NCBI GenBank assembly: GCA_014905635.1
Contig: CM026547.1
Location: forward strand, 3,782,001 to 3,846,000
Reading direction: 5' to 3'
Length of the DNA stretch: 64,000 nucleotides
DNA from: Scenedesmus sp. PABB004
Lineage: Eukaryota
Shown here: positions 24,441-36,200 of the stretch, piece after piece
Numbering within the stretch: position 1 is the first letter of the stretch
How the letters are laid out: the number at the start of each line of letters is the position of its first letter
Program-made: the position numbers and the translations under genes
The notes under the pieces: generated by a model
Database searches by the model: none
Seen by the model: only the letters and a program-made list of their open reading frames with translations
Told to the model about the DNA's origin: nothing

Positions 24441-27400
24441 ATGCTGTCGACCAAGGGCTTCTTCGCGCTGTTCAAGCCCGCCGTCGCCAAGTTCAGCGAG
24501 GAGGAGCTGCGGGAGCTGTACCAGACGCTGCTGCGCAACCCCGTCGTGGGGGAGTCCAACCGCGCGCTCGTTGTCGAGACGATCCGGTGCGCTCGCCGCC
24601 GCCGCGGCGCGCGCGCGGCGCAGCAGCGCGCCTCCCCGCCCGCCCCCGCTGTCTGGACCGGCCACAGCCCCGGCAGAGAGACCCCGGCGGCCGCCGCCGC
24701 GAGTCGGGGCGCAGCGCAGCGCGGGCGGCGCGCCGCCAGGCGCTGCCCTCTGCCGCTGCCGCGCGCGCGCCGCCGGGGGGCCCTCGCGTCACCGCCGCGT
24801 CCACCGCACGCACGCGCACAACCCGCGCGCGCACGCCACCCCCACCGCCCGGCCGCAGGCGCATCGCGGAGTACATGATCTGGGCGGACCAGCACGACCC
24901 GCGGCTGTTTGACTTTTTCCTGGAGAACAACATCATGACCTACCTGCACCGCGTGCTGCTGCAGCCCGCCAACCGCGCGGGCGAGGTCGCCAAGCAGGCG
25001 CGCGGCGGCGGCGGCGGCGGGGCGCGCTGGGAGGGAGCAGCGCCGGCGCGCCCGCAGCACTGGACGCCCGCACGCGCACCCCACCCTCCCCCCTCCGCAG
25101 GTGCTGCAGACGCTGAGCATCATCATCCAGAACGTGCGCAGCGAGACGGCGGTCTTCTTCCTCTTTTCTAACAACCACGTCAATAACATCGTTGACCTCG
25201 ACTACGACTTTGACGACGAGGAGGTCCTCGGCTACTACGTGAGCTTCCTCAAGACCATCGCGCTCCGCCTCAACGCCGGCACCGCCCAGTTCTTCATCAA
25301 CGCCGCGCCCACGCGACACGGCGCGCCGCCGCCGCCGCCCGGCGGCGCCGGCGCCGCCGCCGCCGCCGGCTCGTTCCCGCTGTACGCGCGCGCCATCGCG
25401 CTCGCGCACAACCGCGAGGGCATGGTCCGCGCCGCGGTGCGCACGCTGACGCTGCACGTGTACAGCGTGCCGGACGCGGCCATCGCCGACTACGTCACGC
25501 GCCCGCCCGCGGCGGCGCACTTTGCCGAGGTCGCGGCCTACCTCGCGGAACAGGTCATGGTGCGGCTCGGCGCGTGCCGCACGCCCACGCCACGCCTTGC
25601 ACCGCACCGGCCGCGGCGCGCTCGCGCCGCGCCGCGCCTCGCGCCTCGTGCCGCGCCGGGCGCGGCGCGCGCACGCAGCGCGCTCACGCTGTGCCGCGGC
25701 GCAGCTGCTCGACCGGCGGCTCGCGGCCGCCGAGGCGGGCGGCGGCACCGCGCTGGGCTCGCTGGACAGCCAGCTCGCAGAGGTGGAGGACGTGCTGTCG
25801 TACGTCAGCGACCTGCTCAGCCTGGGTGAGCGCCGCGCGGGCGCCTCGCTGCGTGCAGGCAGGGCAGACGGTGTGCTGCGCGGGCGCCGCTCACGCCCGC
25901 CCGCCCGGCCGACCACGGAACGCAGGCGTGCCGCGCATCTCGCAGCTGCTGGCCGACGCGGTGTGGCAGCGCGTGGTGGAGCCGCTGCTCCTGCGCCCCC
26001 TCATGCGGCCGGGCGCGGTGGGCAGCGCCGCCGCGCAGCCGCCCGCGCACCTGCAGCAGCAGTCGCGCGCCGGCGTGCCCGGCGGCCGCGCCGCCCTGCT
26101 GGGGGGCGGGCCCTCCGGCTCGCCGCGCGCCTTCACGCAGCTGGACGGCGGCGCAGGTGGGGCCGAGCCCGGGCCGGGCGCGCCCGGCGCCGCCCGGGGC
26201 CGCGCGCCGCGCCGACCCTCCGCGCGCCGCGCCACGCCCGCAGGCGGCCCGCCCGGCAGCGGCTCCGGCGGGCGGCAGGCGCCGCGCGTGCGCCCGGTGT
26301 GCTCCGTGTTTGTGCTGGAGCGTGTCTTCCAGCTCGTCACGTTCGCGCCGCTGCTGCAGCAGCTGCTGCTGGCGCTCGCGTGCGGCGGCGGCGGCGAGGG
26401 CGGGGCCGGCAGCGCGGGCGTGAGCTGCCGTGCCACGCTGCTGGGCCTGCTGGGCGGCGGCCAGCCCTATCCGGCAGTCATGGCTCTCCGGCTGCTGGTC
26501 GCGCTGCTGCACAACCGCCACATCAGCACGGAGCTGCTGTGCGCGCTGTCGCTGCTCCCGCGGCGGCGCCGGGCGCAGCCGGGCGCGGACGCAGGGGCCG
26601 GTGGCGGCGGCGCGGACCCGGGGCAGCTCGCGCTGCTGGTGCAGGCGGCCCTGGCGCAGTTGCGGGGCAGCGGCGGCGGCGGCGGCGGCGCGGGGCTGCA
26701 GCCCCCTAGCCCTGTCGACCTGCTCACCTTGCTGACGCAGCAATACCTGCCCGGCCAGCTGCTCGGGACGCACCGCAGCGAACAGCAGCAGCAGGCGCCG
26801 GCCAGCGCCGGCGGCGTGGAGGGGCTGGAGGCGTGGCTGGAGCAGCAGGCCGAGACGGCGGCGGCAGCGCCTGGCGTGTCGGCGGCGGTGGCGAGCAGCG
26901 CGTTCGGCGCGTTTGGGCCGCAGCTGCTGGACGCGCTGCTGCGCCTGCTGCAGCTGCCAGAGCTGCCGCCGCAGGGCCTGCGGCTGCTGGGCTGGCTGCT
27001 GCACCAGCTGCTGCCGCCGGCGCCGCCCGCGGCGGACGAGCTGGACGACGCGGCGGACGCGGGCGTGCCGCCGCCGCAGCAGCAGGTGAAGCAGGCGCAA
27101 GGACAGCAGGCGCAGGAGCAGCAGCAGCAGCCGGCGTCGCCGCCCCGGCACCGGCGCGGCGCTAGCAGCTCCAGCATGCTTCCGCACCCGTTGGCCGAGC
27201 CAGTCGGCGAGCTGAGTGACGGCAGCAGCTCGCCCACCAGCGCGGGCGCCGGCGGCGCGAGCAGCAGCAGCCTCAGCCGCGCCGCGAGCGACGACGACTC
27301 GCTGGCCGACTCGTCCGTGGCAGCGCCGCCGGTGTCGACCACGGCGCCGTCACTGCGGTCATTCATGGGTGGGGCCGAGGCGCCCGGCGGGTGCGTGCTC

Positions 27401-29096
27401 AGCGCCGACCAGGCGGCGGCGGTCGCGGCGGCAGTCGCCTCCGCGGCGGCGGCGTTCAGCCACCAGCTGGGCAGCATGTGGTGCGAGGCTGTGTTCCCGC
27501 TGCTCGCCGCGGAGTGGGCGGCGTGCCGGGAGGCGCTGCAGCGCCCCGTGCTGCGCGCCGGCGCCGACGCGCTGCTGTCAGGCACCGCGGCGTGGCCGCT
27601 GCTGCTGGGCCTGCAGGCGCAGGCCGCCGCGGGGGAATCGGGCGGGGGCGCGCCGCCGGCCGGGCTCGAGGCGCTGAGCGTGTCGGGGCGCGCCGCGCTG
27701 GGGTGCTTCCTCGCGGTGCAGCGCGTGGTGGCGCTCACGCAGCTGCGCGAGGTGCGGCGCGGCGCGCCGGCGCCGCGCCCCCGCCCGCCGCGCGCGCGCG
27801 GGACGCCTGCTGGGGGCGGGCGCGCTGACGCGCCCGCGCCGCCGCCGCTGCCGCCGCCGCCGGCGCCACCGCCGCGCAGCTGCTGGCGAGCGGCGCCGTG
27901 CCGGCGGCGCCGCCCGTGGCGACGCTGAGCGAGGCGGAGCTCAAGCAGGTCGACATCCAGGAGGGCTTCCAGGTTGACCTCGCGCCGGGCTCGGCGCTGC
28001 CGTGCGTGGTGTCGTTCGCGCCGGGGCAGGAGCGGCGAGTCTACTTTGCTGGTGCGCGCTCGCCGCCCCGCCGCACGCGCACGTCGCCGCCTCGCGCGCC
28101 GCCGCCGCCGCGCAGCGCCGCCGCGCGGGCCGTCACGCCGCCTGCCGCCGCGCCCGCGCCCGCGCGCCTGCGCAGTCGCGGGGCTGTCGCGCAAGCAGCT
28201 GACGGCGATGCAGGCGGGCGGCGCCGACGCGGCGGAGCAGGCGCCGGGCCTGCTGCACTCGCTGCCCGTGGCGGTGCTGGCGGACCCGAGCCCGAGTCGG
28301 GCGCAGGCGGGCATCGTGCTGTCGGTGGCGCCGCTGCTCGGCGCGCGGCCGTACGCGGACGCGGCCGTGCCCAAGTGGCTGCACGTGCACGTGCGCCCCA
28401 GCGTGCGCGGGCTGACGCGCGTCATCAAGGTGCGCGCCTGGACAAGCAGCACGGTCCGAGCGCCTGCGCGCTGCGCACCCCGCCGCCGGGCTGCTGCACC
28501 GCGCGCGGCGCCCCCAGCGCGCGCCGCCGCATGCGCAGACCGCCGCGGCCAAGAAGGGCGGCCTGCTGGCGGCGATGCGCCAGCTGGCGGACGGGCACTG
28601 GGTGCTGGCGTTCTCAACCGCCGACAAGGCGGCGGGCGCGGTGGCGCTGGTGGAGCAGCACACGGCGCACCTGCGGCGGCTGTATAGCGCCGCGCTGGCG
28701 CCGCTCACGGGGCCGCAGGCGCAAGCAGAGCTCGCCGTGGAGGAGCAGCTCACGGGGGGCGAGCCGCTGCAGGAGCTGTCGGAGGACCAGCAGCAGCAGC
28801 AGCAGCCGCCGCCGCAGCAGCAGCAGCAGCAGCAGCCGCAGCAGCAGCAATTGGCAGAGGGTGAGCTCGTGCAGCAGGGCGTGCAGCAGCAGTTGGTCGA
28901 GCTACAGCTAGGGGCAGAGCAGCCACAGCCAGGGGCACCTGGGGAGCCGTGCGCGACCGACGCGACCGCAGGTGCCACAGCAGCTGCCACGGCAGCTGGT
29001 GAGCGCGCCGCTGCCAGCCGCAGTGCGGAGCCTGCGGAGAGCGCGGATCTGGGCTCACCTGCACCGGCTGGCAAGGGGTCTGAGCACGCGGGCTGA
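24441..29096 (+). CDS. CLEC16A: CLEC16A / TT9 (GFS9) FPL-domain endosomal-vacuolar trafficking protein, multi-exon
   Basis: [88 protein letters not shown]; C-terminal PKWLHVHVRPS and DGHWVLAF. Confidence 0.9.
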
Positions 29097-30708
29097 GCGC
29101 AGGCCCTAAGGGCTCGTCGGTAACCACTCATTACCGGGCGCGAGCGTTGGCCAGCCTCGGGCAGCTGCCACAAACCAGCACCGCGCCCTCAAACCAACTC
29201 CACGTGCAACACCGCCGACCGAGTGCAGGGAAGCTGCCTGTGCGGCAGCCATGCAACGCCTCCCCCCTCAAGAAAGCTGCTTGCCACGTCTCTGCGGCCG
29301 GTCAACAAAGGGCTGACCGCCAAGTCTGCACGAGACACGTTGCGTTCACCACAAGGAATCGAGCCTCGCACTGGGTGCAGTGCGGGCGGTGGGCTGCCCA
29401 CCTCGGACGTGCGTTTGAGATGCACACACGTGCGCCATCAGAACATGTCGGCGACACATCAGAACATGTCGGCAGCGGGCAGGCGGCTGTTGAGCCGCGC
29501 GTTGAGCTGGGGCGACGTGGCCTCAAACACCGGCGCACGGCCGCTGGCAGCGTGCGCGATCGCCGCGCTGGTGTGCAGCGAGGCCTCGTGCGCGTTCTGG
29601 GCGCGCTTCTCGGCGCGCGAGATGAGCATGCGGCTGTTGAGCCGCGCCGCCACCTGGGGCGACGTGGCCTCAAACGCAGGCGCGCGACCGCTGGCCGCGT
29701 GCGCGATGGCCGCGCTGGTGTCCAGCGAGGCCTCGTGCGCGTTCTGGGCGCGCTTCTCGGCGCGCGAGATCAGCATGCGGCGCTCGGCCTCCAGGGAGGG
29801 CTTGGCGTCCTCGAACGCAGCCACGCGGGCGCTGGCCGTGTCGCTGATGCGCTCGTGCGCTGCGTCGTGGGCTGCTTCGTGGGCAAACGCCGCGCGGCTG
29901 GCGCGCTTCTCGGCGCGCGAGAGGAGCATGCGCGGCTCGTTGTCGGTGGCCTCGTGCGCGGGGCCATCGCCCTCCGCGGCGGCGGCGATGCGCGCGTGGT
30001 TGAACGCCGCGGCGTCGGCGGCGGCGCTGATCGCGCTGGGCGTGGCGCGCAGGAGGAGGCGCCGCGCGTCGGCACCTGCGGGGGGACGCAGGGCGGCGGG
30101 CGGCGTGAGTGTGAGAGGCGTGCGAGCGAGGCGTGGAGGCTGACAGAGGCTGGAAGGCAAGCAGCATCAGGCGCTGCCGCGCCCGCTGGCCGCCGGGCAG
30201 CGGCGGCTCACCGGCAGCGACGCAGGCGAGCAGGAGCAGGGCCGCCAGCCGGCACGGGCTGCTGCGTGCCATGTCAGGCGCCGCGGGAGGCAGGCTGCGG
30301 AGCTGGAGAGCGGCGAGCGCTCGAGAACGGCGGTGCGAAAGAGTGGCTTCGGTCCTGAGCAGCGGGCTGTGCGTGAGGCTCGTGAGGCGTGCTGTGGGTG
30401 TCGTGAAGGCTCCGGCGAGTCCGCCTTTATCGCGCCGCACGAGCGCAGGCCCCGCAAAGCCATCATCAAACTCCCGGCCCAGCAAATCCGCTGGCCCGGA
30501 GTGCCGTGCGGCCGCGCGCCCGGGCGGGCATCAAATCCGCCCGACGCGACGTGACCTGGGTCCGGGCGGGCGTCGCCGTGGCGTGGGGTGGCGGCGGCCA
30601 GCCCGGCCGCCGCTGCGCAAGCGCGCGTGCGGCGCGGGCGGGGCTGGCAGGGGCGGGAAGGGCGCTGAAGCTGGCTGGTGTGGCCGATGGCACACGCGCG
30701 ACGTGGGC
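28927..30708 (+). repeat. Segment A of a segmental duplication (inverted copy at ~42443-44254)
   Basis: Near-identical reverse-complement match including non-coding DNA; starts inside the last CLEC16A exon. Confidence 0.93.
29459..30272 (-). CDS. Secreted repeat protein / candidate prepro-peptide, copy 1 (exons 30272-30212, 30075-29459)
   Basis: Signal peptide MARSSPCRLAALLLLACVAAG, GT-AG intron, then RRLL and three R-M-L-[LI]-SRAEKRA units. Differences I compared with copy 2 are synonymous except one K/R. Confidence 0.8.
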
Positions 30709-30781
30709 CGATGCCACACGCGCAGCCGCCAGCGCTGCTGCCAGCGCCGACGCGGGCTCGCCCGTCTGCGGCACACCCGGC

Positions 30782-30892
30782 CACAGGAGTAGCTCTAACG
30801 GATGATGATGAGCGGGGGCGGCTCCAGCACGGGGGGGGGGGGCGGCTCCAGCACGCCCCCGCTCATCATCATCCGTTAGAGCTACTCCTGTG
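30782..30892. repeat. Perfect 39-bp inverted repeat with 33-nt spacer (MITE-like or hairpin RNA)
   Basis: CACAGGAGTAGCTCTAACGGATGATGATGAGCGGGGGCG (30782-30820) is the exact reverse complement of 30854-30892. GGCGGCTCCAGCACG occurs twice (30817, 30841) around a G run. Confidence 0.9.
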
Positions 30893-31099
30893 AGCGTGGA
30901 GAACCACCCGACCACCCGCCGGCCGGACCGATGCAACCAACGCGCTCCGATCAACTGATCAACGAATCAGCAGATGTCCCCTGCGAGCCGACTGCGCTCG
31001 CACACTACAGATTCCCACAACATCATCTGTGCGAAGAGGGGGCCGGAAGCTGGGGCGCGATGTGGCCGTGCCAGGCCAAAGTCCAGAAACCAAGCAAGT

Positions 31100-33082
31100 G
31101 CGGACGGCTGCTGTGTGTGACGCCCCAGGTGCGACCGGCCGTGCGTTTGTGCAAGAAGAAGTAAGGCTGCTCACGCCAGTTGGCCAACCGTTTAGGATGT
31201 GAGACCCAGCATCCCCCTCCATCCAAGCCACGCTGCTGCCAGCGCCGCTTCCGCACCAGCTACAGTTCTTGCTTGAGCACCGGCGCCGGCGAGTCCGCTG
31301 GCGTCGGCGCCGGCGCGGGCGCCGGCGCGGGCGCGGGCTGCGCGTACGCCTCGACCACAGCGCCGGCAAACGCGACCGCGCCCAGTTTAAGGGGGTGCAG
31401 GAGCACCTGCAGCCGCGCAAACTGCTGGCAGCTGAGAACGCCATACAGCTGCGCGCCGGCGATGCCGCCGAGCAGCCCAAACTTGGCGAGCAGCAGCTGC
31501 ACCTCCCGGAGCCGCTCCGCCCGCACCTCCTCCCTGCCCAGGTGCTGGAGCATGCTGCTTGCGAGCAGCGCCTCGCCACCGGCGCCGGCGCCAGCGGCGC
31601 CCGGCGGGGGCAGGCCCACCTCGGTGAAGAGCTGGCAGAGCTTGCTCGTAATGGGCGCGTGGACGCGGCGGAACACCTTGAGCCCGGCCACAATGTCGCG
31701 CACCTGGTCGGGCGACAGCCCCAATGTGCGGCACGCGTGCGCGACGCGCTCGGCCTCCCGTGGCAGGCCGTACATGACCGTGACCACACTGTTGCGGCCG
31801 CACAATATCATCTGCCCGAGCAGGACAATCCACTGCATTGCCAGCTCATGCAGCTGCTCCAGTGGCGGCGAGCTGCCCGTCAACGGGCCCGCCGCGTCCA
31901 GCTGATGCAGCGCCACAGCCGCACGGCGCACGATCTGCGAGGCGCGCGGCGTGGGGGCGCAGGCGAGAGCTCTGCGCAGCACGCGTCGCGCGGCGGCACG
32001 CGGCGCGCCGCGGCGCGCGGCAGGCGCCACTGCTGGCTGCTCAGCGCTCTGCTTCTGTGTGCAGCCTCACCTCATCGCAGTGCTGCGTGAGCCCCTCAAC
32101 CGTCATGGTCAGCGCTTCGGGCGGCGCGGGCTGCGCACGGGGCGGAGCGCCGCGGGCGCCGCTCGGGGTCGACGGCCGCTTGCGCCCGTGTGGCCCCCGC
32201 TGCCTGCTCTGCCACACCTGTGACAGTATGTGCCGCACCAAGCGCAGGGGGTCGTGTGGCGGCGCCATGCGCTCATGTGCCGTTGCTGCCGCCTCGCTCC
32301 CGAGCTCGGACGCGTTGTCGCCGTCGCTGCTGCTGCGTTCCGACGCCGTCGGCTGGCAAGCCGCCCCTGCTCGCGGGCCGCCACTGAGCGAGGCGGCGCG
32401 CAGCTGCTCCAGCAGCAGCAGCTCCTCGCCGTCCGCGCCCAGCTCGGAGGCCGCAAGCAGCAGCGGCCCGGACGCGTCGCCGCTCTCGGCGGCCGCGGCC
32501 AGCTGCTGGCCCTCCAGATGCTGCCTGATCCAGCCCATGGTGTCAACGTACGCCTGCAGGAGGTCATGCTGCGGCAGGGTGCGGCGACGGCGGCGCAGCG
32601 GCGGCGGTCGGCTGCTGCTGCTGCCGCTCCGCCAGGCGTTGCGTGCGGGAGGGCCCGGATCAGCCACTGCCGCTGCGGCAGAGCGCGGCCCGCATAACCG
32701 CCGTCCTCACGGCCCGTGCGACGGGCCCTTCCAGGCAGCCACGGGGCGGCGCGGCCCACCTCAGGCGCGATGGCGTCGCGCTCCTCCGCGAGCCGACGCA
32801 GCTGCGCCTCCCGCTTCTTGATCTGCTTCAGCAGCCGTGCAACGTGGCCGCGATGCACGGCAGAGCGGCTCTTGTTTTTCAGCATCGCTGCTGCCGCAGG
32901 CCGCCGGCCGCCGCTGTCACGCCGGCCGGGCCATGGCGGCGGTGCCTGCGCCCAATCGCGGGCTCCTGGCGGGCGGCTCTGGCACCAGGCAGGCCGGGGC
33001 TGCCGGCCCAGGGGCTGCGGCGGCGGGCTGCGCGCCACGCCTGCGCCCTGCACCCTGACCGCGCGCCTGCCGCCGCTGCCGC
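31100..33082 (+). repeat. Segment B of a segmental duplication (inverted copy at ~44293-46250)
   Basis: Reverse-complement match, high in exons and introns, decaying in the 3' UTR. Confidence 0.92.
31260..32885 (-). CDS. bZIP-like protein with DOG1/TGA-like C-terminal domain, copy 1 (exons 32885-32760, 32568-32071, 31934-31260)
   Basis: Basic region MLKNKSRSAVHR followed by a heptad coiled coil (LLKQIKKREAQLRRLAEERDAIAPE|HDLL); in-phase GT-AG introns. An alternative upstream in-frame ATG lies at 33203. The domain name is an inference. Confidence 0.65.
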
Positions 33083-33297
33083 CCAAGCTGACGCGCGCTG
33101 CTGCTTTGCCCGGGCCACAGCGCTCCTTCGTCTCCAGACCGCGGTCTCCATTGACAGGTTTCTGTACAGCCGCAGCACTTGCGGCCGCGCTGCCTGAGCT
33201 CATCTGCGGCTAGCCCCCCTGCAAAACAACGAGTGCGCCAACCCATCCATGCCTGCTACTTACTCCATCATCATCACTAACCGCGCGCCGCGCGCCC

Positions 33298-36200
33298 TCA
33301 CAGGGCCTTCACGCGCCCCCCGCCGCCCGCCTGCTGCGCCGCCTGCGCGCCCGGCGGCCCGTGGCCGGCGTGCGTGCCGGCGCCGGCGCCGCTGTCGCGC
33401 TCGAGCATGAGCAGCTCCTCGGCAAGGTCAAACATGCACGCGTAGGAGGGGCGCCAGAACTGGAGGTCTGCAAACTCCTCGCGGGCCGGCCCGACGTCCT
33501 CCACCTCCAGCGCCGCCCGCGCCGCCGGCCTGGCTCCGCCGGCGGGCGCGGTGCCGCCCGCCGCCTCGCCGCCGCCGGCCTGCTGCTGCTGCTGCTGTTG
33601 CTGCTGCCGCTGCTGCTGCTGCTGCTGCTGCTGCCGCTGCTGCTGCTGCCACCGCTCGGAGCCCGCGCCTCCCGCGGCCTGCACCGCGCCCGCCGCCGCC
33701 GTCGCCGCGACGATGCCGGCGAGCGCCGCGGCGTCCCACGCGCCGCCCGGCGGCACCGCGCCGCTCTGCTGCGTGCGCAGCGCGCGCGCGCTGCCGCGCA
33801 CCGCCGCGGCGGGCAGGGGCGGGAAGATCTCGTGCACCAGCTCGTTGATGGCCGACAGGCTGGACCAGGTGCTGCTCTGCACCGCGGTGGAGGCCTTCTG
33901 GAGCTGGCCCTTGGGGTTGATCGTGAACGTGCGGCTCAGCGGCACGCCCACCTCCCTGCGCGCGGCGCCGGCGCCGGCGCGGGCACGTCAGCAGCAGGGC
34001 GGCGGCGCAGCGGCGCGGGCACGTCAGCAGGGCGACGGCGCGGGCGGGCGGGCGGCGCGCCTGTACGAGACCTCGTCCGTGTCCCTGTTGCCGAAGCCGG
34101 CGTAAAAGGGGTTCCAGTCGGGCGGGAAGAGCGCGCGGATGTCCTGCAGGCACGCGATCTTGAACTCGTGCGGCCGCCGCACCACGATCTCCCTGTACAG
34201 CGACGGCAGCAGGCCGTGCGGCGAGATGATGACCGGGCCGGACGGCATCTTGTGGCCGTCCTGCACCAGCGTGTGCAGGTACTCGCGCGTGATGTTGGCC
34301 TGCGCGATGGCCCTGCGCGCGCACGCGGCGCGCGGCGGCGCGGCGCGGCGCGGCGCGTCAGGCGCGTGCGCAGCCGTGGCCGCGGCCCGGCGCGGCCGCG
34401 TGCCCGGCGCGCCTGCCGCCCCGCGGCGGCGCGGCGCGGCGGGCGGCTCGCCTGCTGCTGAGGAACATGATCTGGTAGCCGTTGCTGTCAATGTTGTGGA
34501 AGAGCTGCGTGATGCCCGGGTGGCTCCAGTCGACGCCGAGCGTGGGCAGCACGTGGCCGAGCAGGTCGCTGCGCGTGATGGTGCCGTCGACGTCGCTCAC
34601 CACGAGGCGCGTGTTCCAGCGCAGCAGGTAGATGTAGGCGGTCAGGTCGGCGGCGCCGCCGGCGCGGAACGTGATCGTGTTGGCGCCCGGGCGCAGCGGG
34701 AGCAGCGAGAGCTGCTCGCTCGTGGGCGTGAGCGTCTTGCGGATGATGATGATGTGCTTCTTGCGGCTGCCGCGCGGCGGCGACGCGCCGCTGCTCGCAA
34801 AGCTCACGCCGCGGCCGGCGCGCGGCGAGCCGGCCGGCGCGCCGTCCGGCGCGCCCGCGCCGGCAGCGCCGCTGTCGCCGACGCCGCTCTGCGCGGACGT
34901 GCGCTCCAGCGCCGGCGCCTGCGCCGCCTTGCTGCCGCCGCCCGACACGCCCGCGAGGGAGAGCAGGTTTGAGAATGACCCACCCGACGGCACGAGGCCG
35001 CCGCCGGACGCGGTCGCGCTGCCGGCGCTGGCCGTGACGCCCGGCGGCGGGCTCGTCCCCGGCGGCAGCGACTTGCCGCTGCCGGCGGTGTCGCGCCAGC
35101 CCGAGAACGGCCACAGGCGCCAGCTGCTCGAGACCGCCTGCGGAGCGGCGTGGTGGCGGCGGCGGCGTCGGCCGGCGCCGCACCGGCGCAGCGCGGCGCG
35201 CGCCGATGCCCTGTGACCGACGACCGCGCGCTGGCCGCAGCGCGCGTGGCGGGTGCCGCCGCGGGCGCGCCTTCTTGGCGGTGGCGCTGAGCTCCTCCCC
35301 CAGCTTGAGCGGGAACAGCCCGCTCGCGTCCGGCGCTGCCAGCGCGTCCCAGCGCCCACCAAACGCGAGCATGCCCACCACCATCGGCGCCGCCACCTGG
35401 CGGCGCGCGACGCGCGGCCGCGGCGGCGGTGACGGCAGTCGGGTCGGCGGGCGCGCGCGTGACCGCCGCGAGCAGCAGGCGCGCGGGCCCCGCGGGCTGG
35501 CGGGCGCCGCGCGCCGCGCGCGCGCCTGCCACGAGTAGAGGCTGGCGCCGATCTTGACGACCAGGCCAGGGTCGGCCATGAGGGCGAGCCCCTGCTCCGC
35601 CCATTCCGCCGCCCCCAGCCGCCGCGTCTCAAACACCTGCTGCGCCTCCGCGGGCGGCATGCCCGGCCGCAGCAGCCCGCCGCAGAGGCTGAGCTGGAAG
35701 CCGGACAGCCCCAGCGCGAACGGGCCCGCGCCGGCGGCGAGCTCGCCGCCGGGGATGCCCAGGCCGCCGCGCAGCCGCGGCGTGCCGCCGTCGTACGACG
35801 TGCCCAGCGGGCCCCCGAGCTCGCTGTCGCCCAGGCAGCCGGGGTCGGGCGGCGACGCCCCCAGCGGCCCCGGCATCGGCACCGGCGCCGAGCCGCTGCT
35901 GTCCGCCGGCGCGGACGCTGGCTGCGCCGGCTTGCGCGGCGTGCTGGGCTGCAGCTCCGCGGGCGCCGAAGCCGCTGCCAGACTCCCGCCCCCGCCGCCT
36001 GCTGCCGCTGGAGGGGCGCACGCGGGCAGAGAGACGCTGCTCAGCTCGGCCAGCAGCGCGCCCCTGCTGCCCCTGCCGGCCGCAGGCCGCGCACCGGACA
36101 GAGCGGCGGCCACCGCGCCAGGGATGGCGGGTGCGGGCTCCGCCGCACCGTCCAGGATGGCGGTGGCGTCGGCCTCCTCCAGCGCCGGGCCGCACCCGCC

